64,000 nt of DNA from an uncultured Rhodospirillales bacterium (lineage in GTDB: Bacteria; Pseudomonadota; Alphaproteobacteria; Reyranellales; Reyranellaceae). A program made the translations under genes and the position numbers. Below the pieces are notes generated by a model, which was not told where the DNA came from, made no database searches, and saw nothing but the letters and a program-made list of their open reading frames with translations. Numbering within the stretch: position 1 is the first letter of the stretch; the number at the start of each line of letters is the position of its first letter. Below, in pieces: positions 53,219 through 61,678 of this stretch. The stretch covers positions 8,990-72,989 of the forward strand of contig CAMFJT010000003.1 of assembly GCA_945957125.1 (NCBI GenBank). Reading direction: 5' to 3'.

Positions 53219-54097
53219 ATGAGCCTGCGTTCGGAACTGCTGAAGATCCTCCACCAGGAGGACATCAACTTCCTGTTGACCAACCGGATCCCCAGGCGCC
53301 TCGCGACGCAATGGATGGGCTGGTTCAGCAAGATCGAGAATCCCACGGTCGCCCGGGCAGCGATCGCGGTATGGCGCCTGTTCGCCGATCTCGACCTCGG
53401 CGACGCCAAGCGGCAATCGTTCGGCAGCCTGCACGCCTGCTTCACGCGCGAGCTCAAGCCCGGCGCACGCGCGGTCGACCCCGATCCGCGGCTGCTCACC
53501 AGCCCGTGCGACGCCATCGTCGGCGCCTGCGGGACGATCCGCGGCGCCGAGCTGCTGCAAGCCAAGGGCTTTCCCTACACGCTGCAGGACCTGCTGGCCG
53601 ATCCGGCGCTGGTAAAGGCCTATCGCGACGGCACCTACGCCACGCTGCGCCTCACGTCGAGCATGTACCATCGCTTCCATGCGCCCCATGACGCCACGAT
53701 CGAGCGCGTGACCTACATCTCGGGCGACACCTGGAACGTCAATCCGATCGCGCTCGCGCGCGTGGAGCGGCTGTTCTGCAGGAACGAGCGCGCGGTGATC
53801 CGTGCGCGGCTCGCCGGCAGCGATCATCTCGTCACGATGGTGCCGGTGGCGGCGATCCTGGTCGCCAGCATCCGCCTGCATTTCCTCGATGTGACCATGA
53901 GCATGAACTATCGTGGCGCCGCCGAGATCGATTGCAGCGCGAGAGTGGGTAAGGGCGAGGAGCTCGGCTGGTTCGAGCATGGTTCGACGATCATCCTCTT
54001 CGCGCCGCCCGGCTTCCGTCTCTGCGACGACATCGTGCAGGGCGCTGTCATCCGCATGGGCACGGCACTCATGCACCTGCCAGCCACGGCCGTGTGA
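53219..54097 (+). CDS. Phosphatidylserine decarboxylase-family (pyruvoyl-dependent) protein
   Basis: The ATG at 53219 gives a 292-aa product. It reads MSLRSELLKILHQEDINFLLTNRIPRR...LRLTSSMYHRFHAP...NERAV...GWFEHGSTIILF, including the G-S-T self-cleavage motif. Confidence 0.82.
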   Translation: MSLRSELLKILHQEDINFLLTNRIPRRLATQWMGWFSKIENPTVARAAIAVWRLFADLDLGDAKRQSFGSLHACFTRELKPGARAVDPDPRLLTSPCDAIVGACGTIRGAELLQAKGFPYTLQDLLADPALVKAYRDGTYATLRLTSSMYHRFHAPHDATIERVTYISGDTWNVNPIALARVERLFCRNERAVIRARLAGSDHLVTMVPVAAILVASIRLHFLDVTMSMNYRGAAEIDCSARVGKGEELGWFEHGSTIILFAPPGFRLCDDIVQGAVIRMGTALMHLPATAV

Positions 54098-54202
54098 ACC
54101 GTCCGGACCGGCGGCTCGATCGGATATCCTCGCTTGCGGGCAGGCATCCTTTCCGTTTGGATCGAACCCGTTGCGGAACCATGATCCCGGCATGTCAACG
54201 GA

Positions 54203-55105
54203 GTGACAAACGCCCCCTTCCTCCCTCGGCGCGGGAGACCGGCCGTGTCGCGCTTCGCGGGGCTGGTCCGCGGTGGACGCGGAGCCTATCGTCGCGGCGT
54301 GCAGCTTGTCTCGAGATTGGCCATCTGTGCGGCGATCGGAACTTCCGGCGCCGCTTCCGTCGCCCGCGCCGAGGAATCGGCGGACCGCTGGAACGCGCCG
54401 TTCGGCGGTCAGTGGCATGCCGCCTTCACGTTCGCGTCGGACTATGCCCAGAACGGCATCTCCAACACCCAGCTCGGGCCTGCCTTCCAGGCCTCGCTCG
54501 ACTACCGGTCGCCCAACCTGCTGCCCAAGGGAGCACCGCCCCTCTGGTTCTATGGCTATGTCTTCGGCAGCAACGTCAGCTTCACCAATGCCGGCAGCGG
54601 CGCGGAGATCGATCTGGCGGGAGGGCTGAAGATGCGGCTGCTGCAGGACAGGCTCGGCCTGCAGCTCGGCTATATCCGCTATCTGTTTCCTGCTTTTCCC
54701 GCGAGCCTCGGCTTCGAGTACGGCGAGGTCGAGCTCAAGCTCGACTACGATTTCGGCCCCGTCGCCGTCGGCGGCCGGCTGCGCTACAGCGCCAACGGGA
54801 TGGGCGGCATCGGCCAGAGCTGGAACAAGCGCGCGCTGGTTTCCGCGCCGCTGTCTTTCTCCAGGCTGCCGTTCGACGCGTCCATGAAGCTCTACGGCTC
54901 GCTCGGCGACTTCTGGGGCGAGAAGCCCGAGGCCGTCGGCCTGCCGGCGAACGACTATCTCTACTGGCAGATCGGGCTGGTGATCTCGGTGTGGGGGCTG
55001 GACGCCACCCTGGCCTATACCGACACCAGCATCACTCAGGAAGGTTGCGGCTACACGCGCCTCTGCGAAGGGCGGGCCTTCTTTTCGGTGACGAAGGTAT
55101 TTTGA
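54203..55105 (+). CDS. TorF-family putative outer-membrane porin
   Basis: The 300-aa ORF probably starts at the GTG at 54299, which gives VQLVSRLAICAAIGTSGAASVARA as a signal peptide. Alternating beta-strand patterns are present (FTFASDYAQNGISNT, YGYVFGSNVSF, GEVELKLDYDFG). The C-terminal FFSVTKVF ends in Phe. Confidence 0.65.
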   Translation: MTNAPFLPRRGRPAVSRFAGLVRGGRGAYRRGVQLVSRLAICAAIGTSGAASVARAEESADRWNAPFGGQWHAAFTFASDYAQNGISNTQLGPAFQASLDYRSPNLLPKGAPPLWFYGYVFGSNVSFTNAGSGAEIDLAGGLKMRLLQDRLGLQLGYIRYLFPAFPASLGFEYGEVELKLDYDFGPVAVGGRLRYSANGMGGIGQSWNKRALVSAPLSFSRLPFDASMKLYGSLGDFWGEKPEAVGLPANDYLYWQIGLVISVWGLDATLAYTDTSITQEGCGYTRLCEGRAFFSVTKVF

Positions 55106-55117
55106 CGCCGGGCACGC

Positions 55118-56167
55118 TCACCTGAAGGCCGGGATGACCTCCTCGCAGAGCAGGCGGAGGGCGGTCATGACCTTTGCGTGCGGGATGCGACTGCCGGGGT
55201 TGAGCTCGGCAAGGATGCCGTCGAGACCCAGCTCTTCCTCGAGCTGTTTCAGCCGTGCGATGACCTTGGTTGGCGTTCCGACGATCATGCGCTCGCGCAA
55301 CACCTCCTCGTAGTCGATCGTCTGCATGCGCGCCCCGCGCTCGGCCCGATTCTCGATGGCGCGGGCGCTGGCGAGGGTTGCCGAGGCAGCGAGATTGGCA
55401 CCGATCGTGCGCAGCAGGTGGAGGATGCTCTCGCGCGGCTCCTCCCGTGCGTCCTCCTCACTGCCGGCGACATAGACCGGCACGCGGAGATAGACCGCGC
55501 CGCGGCCGGGATGGCCTGCCTTGCGCCACGCGTCGCGGAAGGTCCGTACGTGCGGCGCCAGCTCGGAGAGATTGCCGATGCGCGCCGCCACGAAGATCGG
55601 ATGGCCCATCGTGCCCATTTCCTCGTAGGTGTCGGGGCTCGCCGCGGCGACGCGGATCTCGGGCCACGGTTGCTGCAGCGGACGCGGCGCAAGGCGGACG
55701 TTCTCGTAGGTGAAGTACTTTCCGGCGTGACTGAAGCGCTCCTCGCTGAAGGCACGCTTGACGATCACCAGCGTCTCGCTGAAGCGCTCGCGGCTTTCGC
55801 CGTAGTCGACGCCGTAGGTCTTGTAGGTATGGGCGAAGCCCGAGCGGCCGACGCCGAAGATCAACCGCCCCTTGCTGAGCTGGTCGACGGTGGCGATCTC
55901 CTCGGCGAGGCGCAGCGGATGGCAGAGCGGCAGGACCTGCACCGCGGTGCCGATCTTCATGCGCGCGGTGCGCGCGGCGATCGCGGTGGCCAGCAGCAGA
56001 GGCGCCGCGAGCACCGAACGCTCGGGATTGAAGTGCAGCTCCGCGAGCCACATCGCGTCCAGACCCAGGCGCTCGGCCTCATCGACCTGGGCCAGCGAAT
56101 CGGCGAAGGCCGATGCATCGCTCGCGCCGGGCAGGCGCTGAAACTCGTGGAACATCCCGAATTCCAT
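55118..56167 (-). CDS. LLM-class (luciferase-like) flavin-dependent oxidoreductase
   Basis: The inner ATG at 56167 is preceded by GGAGGAAGC. The product reads MEFGMFHEFQ...LGLDAMWLAELHF...GRLIFGVGRSG, the typical bacterial luciferase-family pattern. Confidence 0.85.
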   Translation of the reverse strand: MEFGMFHEFQRLPGASDASAFADSLAQVDEAERLGLDAMWLAELHFNPERSVLAAPLLLATAIAARTARMKIGTAVQVLPLCHPLRLAEEIATVDQLSKGRLIFGVGRSGFAHTYKTYGVDYGESRERFSETLVIVKRAFSEERFSHAGKYFTYENVRLAPRPLQQPWPEIRVAAASPDTYEEMGTMGHPIFVAARIGNLSELAPHVRTFRDAWRKAGHPGRGAVYLRVPVYVAGSEEDAREEPRESILHLLRTIGANLAASATLASARAIENRAERGARMQTIDYEEVLRERMIVGTPTKVIARLKQLEEELGLDGILAELNPGSRIPHAKVMTALRLLCEEVIPAFR

Positions 56168-56266
56168 TTTGCTTCCTCCACGGGAAAGCATAGCCGGCTT
56201 TGGACATCGCCGCGCGAGCCGTTAAGCTACACACCAAATGAAAAAGCACAGGAGGCAAACGTTCAA

Positions 56267-57265
56267 ATGTCCCCGAGCCCGGCAACCCACGGTTCCATTC
56301 CTCGCCGCCGCGCCCTTGCGCTTGTGGCCGCTCCGTTCCTCGCGTCAGGGGTCGCCCGCGCGAGCGACGATTGGCCGAGCAAGCCGGTGCGCTACATCAA
56401 CGTCTTCCCGCCCGGCGGACCGACCGACACGCTGTCGCGCATCGTCTGCGCGGAGCTGAGCGAGCTGACCGGCCAGCAGTTCATCGTCGAGAACAAGGCC
56501 GGTTCGGGCGGCAACATCGGCAGCGACGCGATCGCCAAGTCGGCGCCCGACGGCTACACGATCGGCCTTTACACCATCGCCTCGCAGTCGATCGCGCCGA
56601 CGCTCTATGCGAAGCTGGCGTTCGACGTGGAGAAGGACTTCACGGCGATCGCCATGCTGTGGTCGGTGCCCAACATGCTGATGGTGCGGCTCGACCTGCC
56701 GGTGAAGTCCGTTCCGGAGTTGATCGCGCTGGGCAAGGCGCAGCCGGGCAAGCTCTCCTTCGCCTCCTCGGGCGCCGGCACCACACCGCACATCAGCGGC
56801 GAGATGTTCAAGCAGATGACCGGCGTCAACCTGCTGCACGTGCCCTACAAGGGCAGCGCACCGGCCTACCAGGACCTGCTCGCGGGCCAGGTCGACATGA
56901 TGTGGGACAACATCCCGGGGCCGCTCGGGCTGATGCGCGGCGGCAAGGTGCGCGGCGTGGCGGTGACGTCGAGGGAGCGGCATCCGGCGGCGCCGGAGGT
57001 GCCGACCATGGCGGAGACATTGGCCGGTTTCGAGATCACCTCGTGGGGCGGCTTGTGCGGGCCGGCCGGCCTCCCCCCGGCGATGGTCGAGAAGTGCGCC
57101 GCGCTGGCGCAGAAGGCACTGGAGAGCCCGAAAGTGAAAGCGGCCTTCGCACAGCAGGGGGCGACGGCGTTCTGGATGAACCCGAAGGACACCGCCGCCC
57201 ATCGCGCCTCCGACGAGCGCAAGCTCGCGCCGGTGATCAAGGCCTCGGGCGCGAAGGTCGAGTGA
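56267..57265 (+). CDS. Bug/TctC-family substrate-binding protein (orphan)
   Basis: The ATG at 56267 follows a GGAGG at 56251-56255. The product has a Tat-like signal (IPRRRALALVAAPFLASGVARA). It continues KPVRYINVFPPGGPTDT...SGAGTTPHIS...HVPYKGSAPA. Confidence 0.9.
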   Translation: MSPSPATHGSIPRRRALALVAAPFLASGVARASDDWPSKPVRYINVFPPGGPTDTLSRIVCAELSELTGQQFIVENKAGSGGNIGSDAIAKSAPDGYTIGLYTIASQSIAPTLYAKLAFDVEKDFTAIAMLWSVPNMLMVRLDLPVKSVPELIALGKAQPGKLSFASSGAGTTPHISGEMFKQMTGVNLLHVPYKGSAPAYQDLLAGQVDMMWDNIPGPLGLMRGGKVRGVAVTSRERHPAAPEVPTMAETLAGFEITSWGGLCGPAGLPPAMVEKCAALAQKALESPKVKAAFAQQGATAFWMNPKDTAAHRASDERKLAPVIKASGAKVE

Positions 57266-57329
57266 CCCTGCTCGTCGGCCCGCGCGCATCCGGCGCGCAG
57301 GCCGATGAGCAGGCCGATGAGCAGGAAGA

Positions 57330-58049
57330 TCAGCTTCCGCTGCGCTTCACAGGCTTCCAGCGGCGCGCCTCGCGCTCGCCTTCCTCGACCTGGGCACGGC
57401 TGATCTTCTTGGCGAGCTCGTCGCGCGAGCGCTTGGCACGGTCGAACAGCTCCTGCTCGTATTCGCCGTCATCGACGGCGGCGAGCGAATACCACTTGTA
57501 CGCCTGGACCACGTCCTTGGGCACGCCCTTGCCGAGCTCGAACAGCGTGCCGAGGGCCAGCATGGCCGAGGCGTCGCCCTGCTCGGCCGACTTGTTGAAC
57601 CAGCCGGCCGCCGCGTTGAAATCGACCGGCGTGCCGCTGCCTTCCATCGACATGAAGCCGAGCCCGACCTGGGCGAGCGCATTGCCGCGCGATGCGCCGA
57701 GCGCGTACCACTTGGCAGCCTGGTTGGGATCGCGCGGGCCACCCTCGCCGATCCAGTACATCGAACCGAGGCGCGCTGCCGCCGCCGCGTCGCCCTGCTC
57801 CGCCGCCTTCTTGTACCATTCCGCTGCCTTGCTGGCATCTCTCGGCAGGCCCTTGCCGCGGTGATACATGTTGCCGATCGTTTCCTGCGCCTGCGCATTG
57901 CCGTCCTTCTCCGCCAGCGGCATCAGCAGCTCGACCGCCTTGTCGAAGTTCCTCGCATTGTAGGCGGCGATGCCGTCCTCCAGTGGCCCCGCCATCGCCG
58001 GCAGGGCCGCAGCAAGGAGAAGAAGCGACAGCGAAATCGACAGGCGCAT
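57330..58049 (-). CDS. Secreted Sel1-repeat (SLR/TPR-like) protein
   Basis: The inner ATG at 58049 gives MRLSISLSLLLLAAALPAMA (signal peptide). Five Sel1-type repeats follow (AQETIGNMYHRGKGLPRD...AAEWYKKAAEQGDA...). Confidence 0.85.
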   Translation of the reverse strand: MRLSISLSLLLLAAALPAMAGPLEDGIAAYNARNFDKAVELLMPLAEKDGNAQAQETIGNMYHRGKGLPRDASKAAEWYKKAAEQGDAAAAARLGSMYWIGEGGPRDPNQAAKWYALGASRGNALAQVGLGFMSMEGSGTPVDFNAAAGWFNKSAEQGDASAMLALGTLFELGKGVPKDVVQAYKWYSLAAVDDGEYEQELFDRAKRSRDELAKKISRAQVEEGEREARRWKPVKRSGS

Positions 58050-58119
58050 GAGCCGACTCCAGGAGATGCACGACGCGGGCGAAGCGTTATCCTCATGCCC
58101 GAAAAGAGGTCCTCCCGGA

Positions 58120-59211
58120 ATGCGCAAAACTGTCCTCGTCGCCGGTGCCACCGGTCTCGTCGGCTATGCCTGCCTGAAGCAGCTTGCCGCCCAGCCCGAG
58201 TGCGAGGTGATCGCCCTGTCGCGGCGACGGCCCGACAACACGTTCGGCGCCCGCTGGCATCCGCTCGACCTCGCCGACCGCGCGGCCTGCGCGGCCCTGG
58301 CACCACAGCTCGCCGGGGTGACGCACCTCGTCTATGCCGCTCTCCACGAACAGCCGGGTCTCGTCGCCGGCTGGCGCGAGGACGAACAGATCGCGCGCAA
58401 CGAGGCGATGCTGAGGAACCTGTTCGAGCCGCTCGAGCAGGTGGCACGGGGCCTGCGCCACGTCGCCCTGCTCCAGGGTACCAAGGCCTACGGCGTGCAT
58501 GTCCGGCCCTTGCAGGTGCCGGCGCGCGAGAACCGCTCGGAGATGCACGAGCAGCCCAACTTCTACTGGAACCAGGAGCGCTTCATCCGGTCGCGTCAAC
58601 CGGGCAAGGCCTGGCGCTGGACGATCCTGCGGCCGGTGCTGATCGTGGGCGATTCGGTGGGCAGCGCGATGAACGTGATCCCCGCGCTCGGTGTCTATGC
58701 CGCCCTGATGAGACGCGACGGCAAGGCCGCGCTCGACTATCCCGGCGGCGTCGGCCGCGTGGCGCAGGCGGTCGACGCCGACCTGCTGGCGCGCGCCATC
58801 GCGTGGTCCGGCGACTCGGAGAAGGCGGCGAATGAAATCTTCAACGTCACCAACGGCGACGTGTTCGTATGGCCCAACGTGTGGCCCGCGATCGCCGATG
58901 CTCTGGGCATGGCGCCGGGGACGCACCGGCCGCTGGCGCTCGACAGGGAGATTCGTCCGCGCGAATCGGAATGGGCCGCGACTCGCGCGCAATATGGGCT
59001 GGCTTCGGGCACGCTGAAGGAGTTCGTCGGCCTGTCGTTCGAGTATGCCGACTACACGATGGGATACGGCCGCACCGAGCCCGGACCGCCTGCGCTGGTC
59101 TCGACCATCAAGCTGATGCAGGCGGGCTTCACGGAGGTGATGGACACCGAGGCGATGTTCGCCAAGGCCTTCACCGAGATGCAGGCCAAGAAGCTGCTGC
59201 CGCCGCGGTGA
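58120..59211 (+). CDS. Extended-SDR NAD-dependent epimerase/reductase family protein (5-beta-reductase-like)
   Basis: The inner ATG at 58120 gives MRKTVLVAGATGLVGYA (GxxGxxG). The 363-aa length and the NFYWNQE and WTILRP motifs resemble the PRISE/atypical SDR group. Confidence 0.75.
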   Translation: MRKTVLVAGATGLVGYACLKQLAAQPECEVIALSRRRPDNTFGARWHPLDLADRAACAALAPQLAGVTHLVYAALHEQPGLVAGWREDEQIARNEAMLRNLFEPLEQVARGLRHVALLQGTKAYGVHVRPLQVPARENRSEMHEQPNFYWNQERFIRSRQPGKAWRWTILRPVLIVGDSVGSAMNVIPALGVYAALMRRDGKAALDYPGGVGRVAQAVDADLLARAIAWSGDSEKAANEIFNVTNGDVFVWPNVWPAIADALGMAPGTHRPLALDREIRPRESEWAATRAQYGLASGTLKEFVGLSFEYADYTMGYGRTEPGPPALVSTIKLMQAGFTEVMDTEAMFAKAFTEMQAKKLLPPR

Positions 59212-59220
59212 CACGTCTTT

Positions 59221-59258
59221 CGCTGGGGGCGCGCCACTGGAGTGGCGCGCCCCCAGCG
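59221..59258. repeat. Perfect 38-nt palindrome (18-bp arms) directly after the SDR gene; candidate terminator or REP-like site
   Basis: The sequence is cgctgggggcgcgccact-gg-agtggcgcgcccccagcg and begins 10 nt after the stop at 59211. No U-tract follows. Confidence 0.5.
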
Positions 59259-59409
59259 GAAGACCATTCTGCGATGGGTGGACGGGCCCGGCGGGCGATC
59301 GTTTTTCGACTGCTCCGGCCGGACCCGCCCAACGCCCCCTCGTAGGCCGCGAATTCGACGAGGGGGAGGATAAGGTTGCGGACCCGCCGCCCGCCAGCTT
59401 CGCTTGGTA

Positions 59410-60276
59410 TCAATTGTTGTAGCCGAGCGTGCCGCGACCGGCGGTAAGGAACGCCGCGCGAACATGCTCGGCGAGGTCGCGAGCCGCCGGGCCGGGAGTC
59501 GGTGGCGCATAGAGGTTGATCTGGAACTCGGGCAACGCAGGCAGCCGGGCTTCGCGGCCGAGGATCGCGAACCGCTCCGGCACCGATGAACGCAGCAACG
59601 GCGCTACGGCCAGGCCGGCCTCGATCGCGGCATGAACCGGCTCCAGCCGGCTCACCTCGCAGACCGCCCGCCAGTCACGCCGTGCCTTGCCCAGCGCCTC
59701 GATCGCGACCGGCCGGAACAGGCAGGTCGGCGCCCCGAGAGAAACCGGCAGCGGGTCCTTGAGATGCGCATCGCCGCCCGGCATGCCGACCCACACCAGC
59801 CGGTCCGTGCGCAGGGTCTCGCCATGCCGGCCGCACTCGGTTTCGGTGGTGAGCGCGAGATCCACTCCTCCGGAGCGGAGCTGGCGGCGCACCACCGCGG
59901 AGTCCTCGCATACCAGGCTGACCCGCACGCGCGGCTGGGCTTTGGCGAAGCGGCGCAGGATGCCCGGCACGAAGCTGCCGATGATGTCGTAAGGCACGCC
60001 GAGCCGGACCTCGCCCTCGAATTCAGGCCGCCGCATGGTCGACAGCAGATCGTCCGCCTGGATCACCAGCCGCCGCGCCTGCGCCAGCAGCCGTTCGCCC
60101 GCCGGTGCCAGCGCCAGCCGGCGGCCGACGCGCTCGAACAGGCGGCAGCCGAGCAGCTCCTCCAGCCGCTTGACCTGCTGGCTGGCCGCGGCCTGGCTCA
60201 TGTTCAGCGCCGCCGCGGCGGGCGTGACGCCACCGCCGTCGACCACGGCAAGGAAGGTGCGGAGAAGGTCTATCAT
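59410..60276 (-). CDS. LysR family transcriptional regulator
   Basis: The ATG at 60276 gives MIDLLRTFLAVVDGGGVTPAAAALNMSQAAASQQVKRLEELLGCRLFER (LysR HTH). Track ORF 59410..60288 begins at a TTG four codons upstream. Confidence 0.88.
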   Translation of the reverse strand: MIDLLRTFLAVVDGGGVTPAAAALNMSQAAASQQVKRLEELLGCRLFERVGRRLALAPAGERLLAQARRLVIQADDLLSTMRRPEFEGEVRLGVPYDIIGSFVPGILRRFAKAQPRVRVSLVCEDSAVVRRQLRSGGVDLALTTETECGRHGETLRTDRLVWVGMPGGDAHLKDPLPVSLGAPTCLFRPVAIEALGKARRDWRAVCEVSRLEPVHAAIEAGLAVAPLLRSSVPERFAILGREARLPALPEFQINLYAPPTPGPAARDLAEHVRAAFLTAGRGTLGYNN

Positions 60277-60296
60277 AAGAAAATCCAAACTATATA

Positions 60297-60312
60297 ATCG
60301 AAATTATTCGAT
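60297..60312. promoter_or_regulatory. Dyad ATCGAA-ATTA-TTCGAT in the AT-rich LysR/dapA-like divergent intergenic region (candidate LTTR site)
   Basis: The dyad is read directly from the sequence. It is the only strongly AT-rich stretch for several kb and lies between divergent starts at 60276 and 60347. Confidence 0.4.
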
Positions 60313-60346
60313 ATTCTTATACGATGGATCACGCCATCCTGCCACC

Positions 60347-61231
60347 ATGAGCACACGGATCTCTGGCCTCTGGCTTCCCCTGGTAACGCCGTTCAAGGAT
60401 GGCGCGGTCGACTACGCGAGCTACGAACGGCTGGTGGCGCACTACGTCGCCGCCGGCGTCGACGGGCTGTTTCCGCTCGGCACGACCGGCGAATCGCCCG
60501 CGCTGGACGCGACGGAGATCGAGGCGCTGGTCGAGCGTACGCTCGCTGTCGCGGCCGGCCGCGTGCCGGTCTTCGTCGGCGTCGGCGGCAATGCCACGCA
60601 CAATGTGACCAAGGCGTTGAAGCGGCTGGAGCGGCTGCCGTTCGAGGGCATCGTCTCGGTCTGCCCTTACTACAACCGCCCGAGCCAGGACGGCCTCATC
60701 GCGCATTTCCGCGCCGTCGCCTCGGCGACCGATCGGGCCGTGGTGATCTACAACATTCCCTACCGGACGGCGGTGAACCTATCGAACGATTCGCTGCTCG
60801 AGCTCGCCGAGGTTCCCAATATCGTCGGCGTGAAGGACAGCTCCGGCAGCCTCGCCCAGTCGCTCGAGCTGCTGGCGCGCAAGCCCGCCGGCTTTTCCGT
60901 CCTGACCGGCGAGGATGCGCTCTATTTCACCATGATGGCCAACGGCGCCGATGGCGGCATCCTGGCGGCGAGCCATATCCTGACCGAGCGCTTCGTCGAG
61001 GTCGGTCGACGGTTCGCCGCCAACGACCTGGCTGGCGCCCGCGCCGCCTGGTCGCCGCTCGCCTCGTTCGTGCCGCTGCTGTTCGCCGAGGCCAACCCGA
61101 TGCCGATCAAGCACCTTCTGTGGCGGCAGGGCCTGATCGCCTCGCCGGAATGCCGACTGCCGCTGACCAGGATCTCCGACGGCCTCGCGCGGCGGCTCGA
61201 CGAGCTGCTGGTCGAGCGCCGCGCCGCGTGA
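60347..61231 (+). CDS. dapA: 4-hydroxy-tetrahydrodipicolinate synthase family protein (DapA-like)
   Basis: The ATG at 60347 gives MSTRISGLWLPLVTPFKDGAVDY...GLFPLGTTGESPAL...VIYNIPYRT...IVGVKDSSG, the DapA/NAL family signature. Whether it is the biosynthetic enzyme or a LysR-controlled catabolic paralogue cannot be told from the sequence. Confidence 0.8.
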   Translation: MSTRISGLWLPLVTPFKDGAVDYASYERLVAHYVAAGVDGLFPLGTTGESPALDATEIEALVERTLAVAAGRVPVFVGVGGNATHNVTKALKRLERLPFEGIVSVCPYYNRPSQDGLIAHFRAVASATDRAVVIYNIPYRTAVNLSNDSLLELAEVPNIVGVKDSSGSLAQSLELLARKPAGFSVLTGEDALYFTMMANGADGGILAASHILTERFVEVGRRFAANDLAGARAAWSPLASFVPLLFAEANPMPIKHLLWRQGLIASPECRLPLTRISDGLARRLDELLVERRAA

Positions 61232-61240
61232 CCGATCCGA

Positions 61241-61663
61241 TCAGGTGCGCGCTTTCAGCAGATCCCTGATCTCGGTCAGCAGCTCCTGCTCCTTGGTCGG
61301 CGGGGCGGGCGGCGGCGGCGCCTCCGCCTCCTGCTTGAACAGGGTGTTCATGCCCTTGACCACCAGGAACAGCACCCAGGCGATGATGATGAAGTTCACC
61401 GCCACGGTGAGGAACTGGCCGTAGCCCAGGGTGGCTCCGGCCTTCTTCGCGGCATCGTAGGTCGGCGCCTGGCTGGCGGCCGTCGTGAGACCGAAGAAGT
61501 AGTTGCTGAAGTCGAGCCCGCCGAAGATGCGGCCGATGATCGGCATGATGACGTCGGCCACCAGCGAGTCGACGATCTTGCCGAAGGCGGCGCCGATGAT
61601 CACGCCGATGGCGAGATCCACGACGTTGCCGCGCAGCGCGAACTTCTTGAACTCCTGCAGCAT
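61241..61663 (-). CDS. mscL: Large-conductance mechanosensitive channel
   Basis: The 140-aa ORF reads [41 protein letters not shown], the canonical MscL N-terminus. Confidence 0.95.
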   Translation of the reverse strand: MLQEFKKFALRGNVVDLAIGVIIGAAFGKIVDSLVADVIMPIIGRIFGGLDFSNYFFGLTTAASQAPTYDAAKKAGATLGYGQFLTVAVNFIIIAWVLFLVVKGMNTLFKQEAEAPPPPAPPTKEQELLTEIRDLLKART

Positions 61664-61678
61664 GAATCCTCCGTCGCT

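Noticed and set aside
57298-57325. A tandem duplication of a 12-bp unit (caggccgatgag x2 plus a partial copy) in the spacer between the TctC and Sel1 genes.
   Set aside because: It has only 2.3 copies, is intergenic and has no associated structure or coding consequence. It is most likely slippage noise.
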